A stretch of DNA of 64,000 nt from Octopus sinensis (Eukaryota), in contig NC_043004.1 in assembly GCF_006345805.1 (NCBI RefSeq), positions 3,720,001 to 3,784,000 of the forward strand, given 5' to 3'. The notes under the pieces are model-generated. The model saw nothing but the letters and a program-made list of their open reading frames with translations, searched no databases and had not been told where the DNA came from. This document shows, piece after piece, positions 38,480-49,842 of this stretch (within the stretch, counting starts at the first letter, position 1; each line of letters opens with the position of its first letter). Both the position numbers and the translations under genes were made by a program.

Positions 38480-39110
38480 TTTTCTACATTGCTCTCGGCC
38501 ACCCGATTGCAGCAGATGACTGGTGTCAAAATGTTATGGTTGTATCTTTACCGCTGAATGCGATATCACTGTTGCAGCGGATGGATCAGACGATGGTAGC
38601 AACTTTTACAATAAACAAACAAACAGAAAAAAAAACGAGGAGTAAAGAATTAACCTTACGGATTCTGGAAGAAGTTCAACATAAAAGATTGCAGCATGGA
38701 TGACACATATTAGCCAGCCAAAAACACACGGACAACTGCTATCTCTAACATTTGTTATTTGGTTTCGAAATTTTCGTCTCGCGCACTGCGACCTGGTCAC
38801 TGACAAGACCACACCGCATCTTTAACAACGATTGCATTGGAAATTATTAATGTTGCCTGGCGTGGAGTAACAGTCAGCATTGTGACAGTTGTTTAGGAAA
38901 AATATAATTCTTCATTGCACAAATAATTTTGATGGTTTCGCTGTTGGAGTTACAGGACCAGTAGAAATCACTGAATTTGGTTTACATCAAGAAATGTCTA
39001 GAAAAAACGACGGTAATATCAGAGAATGGCTTGACTCGTATGATGTGGAATTCGGTGTTAAAGACCTTTTAGGCTCAGAGCAGCCAATATGGAGCAGACG
39101 AAGCAAAGAT
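38480..39110 (+). mobile_element. pogo/Tigger-like DDE transposase remnant
   Basis: NVMVVSLPLNAISLLQRMDQTMVATF (cf. FLPPNTTSxLQPMDQGVI), FWKKFNIKD and IINVAWRGVT. Confidence 0.65.
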
Positions 39111-40779
39111 GCAAGCGAAAGTTTTCTAAATTAAAGAACTCGATGCTATTTTTAGGTTTTTTGAACAGAGGAAAGTGAAGAAGTTGCTTTAAAATAGAAG
39201 ACAAATTGAAACGAACTTCGTTGTTTCGAGTCCACCTGGAGCGATCGGCGAGAGTCATTTTCTAAAGATAAACAATCTGGCGAGGTTTTACATCTCAGTA
39301 ACATCGTCCAGAGAATCGGCGTCCTTTTTAATTCAATAACAATCATCGTGGAACAGCAATATCTTCCGAGATTTCACTACTTTTGCTAATTAGTGAGAAT
39401 TCTCTCCCAAACATCAATGCTTTTAGGAAGAAGAATTTAGAAATAACAAATTGGGCCAATTTATATGTACCCTTCTTGTCAATATTGGAGCAACGGCAAG
39501 ACTATTGACGTTATATCATCGAAAATATACTTGTTATTTCCAATTCCCTCCTACATTAGGAATTGGAGAGGAAGATGGTAGTGTGATCCTTTTGAGAAAT
39601 GTAAGATCTTCGCACAGCAGAAAATCTACTTACTTAGGTAACGAATCCATTCATTTCGCTATTTATGGTACAATGAACAGTGTGGCTGTGTTTTTTTTTT
39701 ATGTTTTATGATGTTTATGAGGAATTTAAAATTTTCATTGTTGGTGTTTAGTTCCTAGATGCTGTTTCTTTTTGTCTACAAATATGTGGACGCTTTTTGC
39801 GAGGGTGGAGTCGGGGATTTCATATAATTTTCCAAATGCCTTGAAAGGAATTGGTGCTGCAGATGAAGTCTTACCTTTTCTTTAATATGTTTATGAAGCT
39901 GGATTTTGAAGATTCCTTATTTGGTAAATGGAGATAATTTAGCGTTTTATCTCAGGTGCACTTTACTCCAGTTTTTCCTTTCTCATTGGAGCATATTATA
40001 TAAGATTTCCTGGTTCAGTAAGTTCTTCAAACTTTCATGGAGAGGATTCTTTTCCATATTCAAACGCTTATTCTCGGCTTGCAAATATAGTTCAACAAAA
40101 CTGAAATGAATTTAAACTGTTTATAGGCACGAACGAAAGCAAAAGGCACTCAATATAAGATGTAGAGTATATATTTACTGAGTGGAACAGTTGTTGAGTC
40201 ACCCCATTATGATTCAGACTTCACACAGCGTGATCGATCAAACTATTTCATGAGTGATGGTGGGCGATAGTACGTCTGTAAAGTAAGATCGATTCATATT
40301 GGTCAAGACGAACCACCTGTGATGACAACAGATAAACGATATCCCTGGCCTTCAGGTGAAAGATATCGTTAGCTGCTTAAGTATCTGGAATTTAAATAAG
40401 ATCTGCAGTGGCGTGATCGTTGAAATATGGAGTAGCTTTATTTCCAGTTCACCATGTTACTAGAAAATGTTCATATCCTGAGCCTGAGTTTCCAAATAAA
40501 TTAAGACAGGGATATAGAATTTTCCAGGTTATTTAACCTAATTTAGTGAAAATGTTCGCATAAATTCAGTGTAATTCTGTTTTATGCCGTCCAGGATTGC
40601 CATGGAAACTTGATTTACAACTCCTAGGAGAGTCAACAAGTAGATGAATTTCGACTGCTAAAAGTTGACAGTTGGGGTGAGAGCTGTGTAAATGTATGTT
40701 TTCAGTCTTGATGTGTGAATTGGAAAGCTATGTTGTCTAGGCAAGAATAGATTACCTTAATGTTGTGTGTTTTTGAAGG

Positions 40780-40970
40780 TTTGTTGTATGTATATCAGTG
40801 GGAACTGTTGCTTTAGTTGAGTTGCTTCTCTGTAACCTTTCGTGGTATAATAGTCATGGTATAATAGTGACTTCCAAGCGCTTATAATTAAGCAATTGTC
40901 TTGATCACTTATTGTTGTTAATTCATTCCTGAAGCCCAGATATTTAGAGATAAAATCCACAATTTTCAAA
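40780..40970 (-). mobile_element. Penelope-like RT remnant
   Basis: TISDQDNCLIISAWKSLLYH resembles the PLE motif I...D..II..ARKSLLF. Confidence 0.45.
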
Positions 40971-42309
40971 TTGTGCGGCACTACAGTCCCATTAGTTTAG
41001 TTTCGATAACTATTACCAATTTGCTTTTAGGGGGTTAATTAAACTGCAAACAATTAGAGGGAATAGTTAAAGTTCTAACAATCTCTGTCTACACACTTTT
41101 GCCGATAGAACAACAGCATACACGAACTAAGTCCTATGACATATGCTGAGCTGGCAAACATCACAAAACATACAGCAAATCCAGTCGCACGCCTCCTGAA
41201 GCCGAAGAATGTTTCGTAATTAAGAATAGAATGACCCACCTCGCAATATCGTTTCCTAGCGTCAATAGACTTGACTGAATGATCGAGAGAAAATCCTTTG
41301 GCTGCCAGACGAACTTTATCTTGAATATGTCTTGAAGAAGTTCTCTATATTTTCACGTCTCACCAGTATCTGAAACGTCTGTTCCTCAATCCAACTTCTA
41401 CTGCACTCATTGATTATTCGCAAAGTATTTCACTAAATTTCTGCGACTATAATCAAACTGAGATTTTGTACATTATTTCTAATTCGTTACAGTTGAGAAT
41501 TTTGGTCCCTGCGTTTACTTACACAAGTATAACTTACCTTAACAGAGTTCTTATTGAAGGTTTTCTGGAACTTATGTTACGTACAGAAGTGTATTACATG
41601 CTGTCTGAGTTATGAGTGTTAATGCACAAGTGTGCTGAGAACAAGTCAGGCGTTTCAGTAACTTGCGTTCAGCAGTTTCATTTCTTGTCTCCTCGTCATT
41701 CTGCAAGAATCTAACTACTTCTGCTGATTCAAAATTATAGTTCCAGTAAGAGTGACCTCCCTTGATCCATATGAATATGACGTGGACGCAAGATCTGTGT
41801 TCACCAATCAGAAGAGTGTTTCGTCCACCAGCCTCATATCATTTACAATTATATAATTTCTTGTTAAAATGAGTGACTGATAAAGCAGATGTATCAACCT
41901 TTGTAGAAACCTGAACTTAGAAGCAATGTAGTCTCCATGGACCGAACGTAATTATCTATACTCTACCCCATTATTGAGTTCTTTCCCTCCCCTTTCATCG
42001 ACATTGATGTTTATACACACACAGGTAAATAGGCATCATATAGGGAAGTCATTTTCTAAAGCCTCGAGCCGATCCATATGTTGTGAGTGACAAACGGAAA
42101 CTGTAGAGAAGCCTGTCGTATAATGTACGAGTAATTCAAAGGCACAGCCTTGTCACAAACTGTCTTGTTAATTCTGCTTGTGATATCTGTGGAATATTCA
42201 ACCACTTAAACGGTAATTCAATGAGTAGAGAATTCTGTTGATCGAAAACCTGAATAGCCATCGTTGAAACCAACGGAGACCCATCCAATCTATACACACA
42301 CAATACATG

Positions 42310-42384
<75 letters not shown>

Positions 42385-42385
<1 letters not shown>

Positions 42386-43040
42386 GTCTCGCAGAAAATA
42401 CAGAACCCCAGCGATGTTGCACAACTGCAGCAGGAGTTGGACTCAATCTACAGATGGGCTGAGGATAATAATATGCAGTTTAATGGTGAAAAATTTCAGG
42501 CCCTGCGCTACCAGCATCCAAAACTGAATATTAAACTTACAGGGAATTTCAATCTCAGAGCCTAAGTCTGTGAGGGACCTGGGTATAGACATGAGTGATG
42601 ATACCTCTTTCCAAGTGCACATTACCAGGATGGCGACAAAGTGCAGACGACTGGCTGAGTGGATCCTAAGAACATTCAGAACCAGAGATAAGGAAACCAT
42701 GATGGTCCTCTGGCGGACATTCGTCCCCAGCCGCCTGAATTACAGCTCACAGCTATGGTCACCCACCAGTCTGAAATTAACAGCGGACCTTGAAGCAATT
42801 CAGAGAAGATTCACAAAGAAGATCATCTCTTTGCAACAGCTCAGCTACAGAGAAAGGTTGAAACAGCTAAGACTCTACTCTCTGGAGAGAAGACGGGAGA
42901 GGTATGCAGTAATATATATCTAGAAGATCCTAGAAGGAATTGTGCCAAATTTTGGCATTGAAAGCTACAGCAATGCTAGACGACACTGCATAGTGCCAAA
43001 GATCCCAGCAATGCCATCACGCTTCAGGACCAGCTACTGC
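42385..43040 (+). mobile_element. CR1-clade LINE 3' fragment, near-identical to part of the 46659-49238 copy
   Basis: Direct alignment with about 48310-48950. Carries a short deletion between acagg microhomologies and a TAG in YIW. Confidence 0.92.
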
Positions 43041-43106
43041 TTATTATATATATATATATTATATATATATTATATATTATATATTATATAATATATATAT
43101 ATACGC

Positions 43107-43138
<32 letters not shown>

Positions 43139-43536
43139 CACACATAGATATATACTACATAATATATATATAGATACCATATATATATATATATGTCTAT
43201 ACATATATATATACACATATATATATACATATATATATACACACACATATATATACACACACATATATATATTACATATATATATATATATACATAAATA
43301 TATATATATATTATATATATATATATTCATTATATATAATATATATATATTATATATATATATTCATATATATATATTCATATATATATATATATATAGT
43401 ATATTATAATATATATTATATATATATATATATATTTTCATATATATATATATATATATATATTAATATATATACTATAATATATATATATATATATATA
43501 CATATAAATTAAAAAAAACAGGAAGCAAAGGATGTT

Positions 43537-43629
43537 GCGGTACATATGTTTCGGGCTTTAATAGAACAACTTATTCTTATATCAATGCATAATCGATATA
43601 AAGATAGATCAAAAGCCTTCTTCAGCCGC
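43537..43629 (-). ncRNA. Type I hammerhead ribozyme motif (Penelope-type), apparently intact
   Basis: GCGG-CUGAAGA-AGGCUUU[long loop]AAAGCCC-GAAAC-AUAU-GUA-CCGC. Stem I is GCGG/CCGC and stem III is the palindrome ACAUAUGU. Confidence 0.75.
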
Positions 43630-43761
43630 GTGCAATTGCTACACCAAAAAACATTTGGTATTGTTTATAATGGTAGGTAAAGCGAGTATCATTGGGAAAG
43701 TATATTTGTAAATCTTCATAGTCGCACATGGTATTATGAGACTCCAAAACAAATCATCCAT

Positions 43762-43854
43762 ACGGATGAAGAAGGCTTTTGATCTATCTGTTATATCGAT
43801 TATGCATTGATGTAAGAATAAGTTGTTCTATAAAGCCCGAAACATATGTACCGC
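43762..43854 (+). ncRNA. Inverted copy of the 43537 hammerhead with a core C3-to-A change
   Basis: ACGG-AUGAAGA-AGGCUUU...AAAGCCC-GAAAC-AUAU-GUA-CCGC. Confidence 0.65.
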
Positions 43855-43977
43855 AACATCCTTTGCGTCCTGTTTTTCATTTATTTCATCTGATACATAT
43901 ATCCTATCACCTATGCTACTAGCTGGAATATACAGGTGCTTACATTTATCAAGTATTCACCCTGAATTTATATATAC

Positions 43978-44488
43978 ACTAGCAGTATCGCCCGGCGTTG
44001 CTCGGGTTTGTAAGGGAAATAACTATATAAGCATTTTTAGAGATTACTTCCTTTATAGATGCCAATTCGGGCTTTCTTAGCCATTTCTGTTTTGGTGTCT
44101 TCAAGCCATGAAGTCGTTGTTCTAAAAGAATGCTGGTCTCCTTGACAACGCATTACGACGTTGATTTCCTTAAACTCCCTTCCCCACAGCTTCACGAGGG
44201 AGGGAAGAAAGGGGAGAAGCAAACACAGGTGCAGGTGTTTGAGCGTGGACGCCAACTCCACCGCCATCGACACACGAAAGATTATGCATTAAAATGGAAT
44301 AAAAAATTATGTTAAATTATTTTTAAAATCGTAGACGCGCGCTAATAGCCAGACGGGCTCGATATCAATCACGACTATAAGATACCCGAATTTGGTTAAA
44401 CTGCACCGCAAAATGTGGGAGGAGTTAGGAATCTAAATCGTAGGAGACAGACACTCACACAACTACAGTTTTATATATATATAGAGAT
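43978..44488 (+). mobile_element. Lep1/HINE-like non-autonomous rolling-circle element
   Basis: 5' actagcagtatcgcccggcgttgctcggg; 3' cagacacac..cagttttatatatatagagat; inserted in (TA)n. Confidence 0.65.
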
Positions 44489-44938
44489 ATATATATATAT
44501 ATACATACATATATATATATATATATACATACATATATATACATATATATATATATACATATATATACATATATACATATATATATACTTATGTATATAT
44601 ACACACATATATACTATATATATACTTATATATATATACACACATATATATACATATATATATATACATATATATATACATACATATATATACATATATA
44701 TATACACATATATATACATACATATTATACATACATATATATATACATATACATATAATACATATTATACTATACATTATAATATACATATATTATATAT
44801 ACATATACATATATATATATACATATATATACATATAGATATAATATAACATATATATATTTACATATATATACATATATATATATACATATATATATAT
44901 AATTACATATATATATATATATTTACATATATATATAT

Positions 44939-45314
44939 ACTAGCAGTATCGCCCGGCGTTGCTCAGGTTTGTAAGGGAAATAACTATAAAGCATTTTTAG
45001 AGAGTTATAGCCAAAAAATAGCAAAAAATGGAAAAAAATGATGGTAAATTTTTTTTGAGATATAAAAAAGGTGGAGTTGCGTCCCCCAGACATTTGTGGT
45101 TCGTGTTTCTGATTCTCGACCCCATGTCGATTTCGTTCTTTTTCAGAACTGGAGGAACTTTTCAAAATTTTCACTGCGGTAGTTTTGATTATGACATGGG
45201 CTATGTGGTGTCAAGTTTCATCAGAATCGGTTGAAAGCCGTGGTCAGGGTGAGGGTACAAGCAAACAGACACACAGAAACACGCACAGACAAACTGCCGT
45301 TTATATATAGAGAT
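44939..45314 (+). mobile_element. Lep1/HINE-like non-autonomous rolling-circle element
   Basis: Same first ~60 bp as the 43978 copy, a different interior, and 3' cagacaaactgccgtttatatatagagat. Confidence 0.65.
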
Positions 45315-45621
45315 ATACATATATATACACATACATATACAATATAATTGTAATATATATATATATACATATATATATACATATATATATACATATATTA
45401 TATATACATATATATATATATACATAATACATATTATTATACAATATGTATATATTACAGATATATATACATATTATATACATATACATAGATTATATAC
45501 ATATTATATACATATACATATATATATACACATATATATATACACATATATATACATATTATATATATAATATAGATATACATAATATACATATATATAT
45601 ATATATACATCTCTATATATA

Positions 45622-45955
45622 AGGGGTAAAGACCCCCTTCGGTCATGAATGACCATGGGATTGCACCTAGAAAGTTACCCTCCTAGACACAAGTCCGGGC
45701 AAGGTTGTTTATGGAAGACCAGCAGTCGCCCATACATACCAGCCTCCCCTCTCCACGCCACCGATGTTATCCAAGGGAAAGACAAAGGTCGATACAGCTT
45801 GGCACCAGTGACGTCGCAACTCATTTCTACAGCTGAGTGAACTGGAGCAACGTGAAATAAAGTGCTTTGCTCAAGAACACAACACGCAGCCCGGTCCGGG
45901 ATTCGAGCTCACAACCTCACGATCGTAAGCTCGACGCTCTAACCACTGAGCCATA
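45622..45955 (-). mobile_element. SINE family D
   Basis: Reverse complement of 11991-12325. Confidence 0.8.
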
Positions 45956-45990
45956 TATCTATATATATATATACATATATATATATATAC

Positions 45991-46026
<36 letters not shown>

Positions 46027-46029
46027 TTG

Positions 46030-46350
46030 AAAAGACTCCGCCGGTTACGACGACGAGGGTCCCAGCTGATACGATCAACGGAACAGCTTGCTCGTGAAAT
46101 TAACGTGCAAATGGCTGAGCATTCCACAGACACGTGTACCCTTAACGTAGTTCTCGGGGATAATCAGCGTGACACAGAGAGTGACAGGCTGACCTTTGAA
46201 ATACAAGTACAACTCATTTTTGCCAGCTGAGTGAACTGGAGCAACGTAAAATAAAGTGTCTTGCTCAAGGACACAACGCGTCGCCGGGATCGAACTCACA
46301 ACCTTACGATCATGAGCCGAATGCCCTAACCACTAAGCCACGCGCCCTCA
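46030..46350 (-). mobile_element. SINE family C
   Basis: Reverse complement of the same motifs. Confidence 0.85.
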
Positions 46351-46658
46351 CATATATATATATATATACATACATATATATATACATATATATATATATA
46401 CATATACATATATATATATATATACATATATATATCATATATTATATACATATATATATACATATATATATATACATATATATATACATATATATATATA
46501 TACATATACATATATATATACATATATATACATATTATATATACATATATATATACATATATATATATACATATATATATACATATATATATATATACAT
46601 ATACATATCTATATATACTATATATACATATATATATACATATATATATACATATTAT

Positions 46659-49238
46659 AAACACCACGTGACCATATTTCTTATGGGTGATTTCAACTTC
46701 CCCAACGTCAAATGGCCCGAAGGTCACATACTCTCAGGAATGAATCATTGCAAGCAAGTACAGGTGGAGTCCCTGCTCAACCTCACCAATGCCTTATTCA
46801 TGGAGCAAGTTGTACTCAAGCCAACTAGGGCGAATAACATTCTAGATCTCTGCTTCACGAACAATATGGACATCATTCATGATGTGAAAGTGACACCGAC
46901 ATCAGTGACATAGACATAATAGAGCTTTCTATGTTTGGGTCGAAAGTAACCAGAGACATACAGCCTAAAGGAAGCACCCGAAATCTCTCCAATCTGAACT
47001 TCCACAAAGCAGATTGGAAATCGATCCAAAAAAAGATCCTCAGAGAGGACTGGCCGGAATGTCTCTCCACACCAGACATTGACATGAAACTAGAATGTTT
47101 CATGTCTTCTGTGCAAGCCGTATGCCAGAAATATGTCCCAGAGCACAAGGCCAAAACAAATAGGAGCTAGATTCCAAGAGACAGGAAGATCCTCATGAGA
47201 CGACGGACGAAGGTTGCAAATCGTCTCAACCAACATCCCAAAAGTAGCGAAACGTCCCGCCTAAAAACAACACTGATGGAGATTGAAAAAAGGCTGCAAC
47301 AATCCTATGTGAAGGAGAAAGCAGACAAAGAAGCCTGGTTATAAAAAAACATTAAATCAAACCCAAAGGCCTTCTTTCATTACGCGAAAGAAACAGTCTC
47401 AGTGCACTACAAGATAGGACCCCTCCTCCAAAAGGATGGCTCCCTCACAGACAGTACAACTATGATCAGTAAGATGCTGAATGACCAGTTCAAAAGTGTC
47501 TTTACCACCCCGTTGGAACACAGACAAGTGAACGAACCAGTGGACTTCTTTGCCGCCTCACCTATAACCAGCGAGGCGGTTACAATAGAATGTATTGACA
47601 TTAGTGAAAAAGATGTCCTACTAGCCATAGATGAAGTGGACACAAACTCAGCTGCTGGTCCAGACGGTTTCCCAGCCATCCTCCTCAAAGCGTGTAAGCA
47701 TGCCCTAGCAAAACCCCTCAAGATTCTCTTCCAGAGCTTTCTTGCGAATGGCAAACTGCCAAGCAAGCTGAAGGAGGGAATAATATGCTCAATACATAAA
47801 GGGGGAAGTAGAGCAGATGCCAAAAACTATAGGCCTATCTCTCTGACTTCACACATCAGCAAAGTCATGGAAAGGATAGTCAGAAAGAAACTAATCGCAT
47901 TCCTTGAGGAAAATAACTTACTGAGTAATACCCAGCATGGTTTTCGACCAGGTAGGAGCTGCCTGACCCAGCTCTTACAGCATAATGACTGGGTGTTGAG
48001 GCAGTTACTCAACAAATCAAATGTGGACGTAATCTACCTTGATTTTGCAGAAGCTTTTGACAAGGTGGATCATGGTATGATATGCCACAAACTACGTGAC
48101 CTCGGCATAGCTGGAAAACTTGGAGTGTGGTTGCATGACTTCCTGAAAGATAGGAGTCAGGCAGTAGTGGTTAATGGAGCCACTTCTATGAACACACAAA
48201 TAGTGAGCGGTGTTCCACAGGGCACTTGGGACCACTGCTTTTTATAGTGGCCCTCTCAGATATGCCCTCAAATGCCCGGATAGCCACTCTGGCCAGCTAC
48301 GATACCAAAGTCTCGCAGAAAATACAGAACCCCAGCGATGTTGCACACCTGCAGCAGGAGTTGGACTCAATCTACAGATGGGCTGAAGATAATAATATGC
48401 AGTTTAATGGTGAAAAATTCCAGGCCCTGCGCTACCAGCATCCAAAACTGAATATTAAACTTACAGGATACACCGGTCCACAGGGAATTTCAATCCCAGA
48501 GCCTAAGTCTGTGAGGGACCTGGGTATCGACATGAGTGATGATACCTCTTTCCAAGTGCACATTACCAGGATGGCGACAAAGTGCAGACGACTGGCTGAG
48601 TGGATCCTAAGAACATTCAGAACCAGAGATAAGGAAACCATGATGGTCCTCTGGCGGACATTCGTCCTCAGCCGCCTGGATTACTGCTCACAGCTATGGT
48701 CACCCACCAGTGTAAAATTTACAGCGGACCTTGAAGTAATCCAGAGAAGATTCACAAAGAAGATCGTCTCTTTGCAACAGCTCAGCTACTGGGAAAGGTT
48801 GAAACAGCTAAGACTCTACTCCCTGGAGAGAAGACGGGAGAGGTATGCAGTAATATATATCTGGAAGATCCTGGAAGGAATTGTGCCAAATTTTGGCATT
48901 GTAAGCTACACCAATGCTAGAACGGGACGACACTGCATAGGACCAGCTTCTGCAACAGCCTGGGTTTCAAGAGCCCACATCTTTTTTTTATTCTCCCAAA
49001 GAGTCTGCGAAACTTGCACAAAGTAGATGTAGCGGTTTTTAAATCAAAGCTGGACATCTTCCTGTCAAGAGTCCCAGATGAACCTGCCTCACGGCAAGAG
49101 GTGCAAATGAGAGTAGCTGTATCAAACTCCATTCTTCACCAAGTGCCACATATTAGACGAGGTTCGTCGCAATAACAGTGTAGCACAAAACGGCGGTGCA
49201 TCAGCATGGCCGCAGCTCTGAGCTGAAACTAGAAAAAA
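46659..49238 (+). mobile_element. CR1-clade LINE, 5'-truncated and inactive
   Basis: APE C-terminal motifs (GDFNFP, PTRxNNILDL) and RT motifs (NYRPISLTS, QHGFR, YLDFxxAFDKV, SGVPQG). In-frame stops near 47170 and 47340, a frameshift near 48240, and YADD reduced to YD. Confidence 0.95.
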
Positions 49239-49736
49239 TATATATATATATATATACATATATATACATATATATATAGACACATATATATATACATACA
49301 TATATATACACATATATATATATACATATATATATACATATATACATATATATACATATATATACATATATATACGCATATATATATACATATCTATATA
49401 CATATATACATATATATACATATATATATATACATATATACATCTATATACGTATATATATATATATATATATATACCCATATATATATATACACACACA
49501 CATATATATATATATATACACACACACATATATATATACACACACACACATATATATATACACACACACACATATATAATATATATATACACACACACAT
49601 ATATATATATATACACACACACATATATATACATATATACACTCACACACATATATATATACACGCACACATATATATATACACACATATATATATACAC
49701 ACACATATATATATATACACACACATATACATATAT

Positions 49737-49777
<41 letters not shown>

Positions 49778-49780
49778 TAC

Positions 49781-49830
<50 letters not shown>

Positions 49831-49842
49831 TACATATATATA

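Noticed and set aside
47407-47823. Antisense ORFs overlapping the CR1 and RTE coding regions (also 50970-51635 and 52552-52994)
   Set aside because: Shadow ORFs on the opposite strand of recognisable retrotransposon ORFs.
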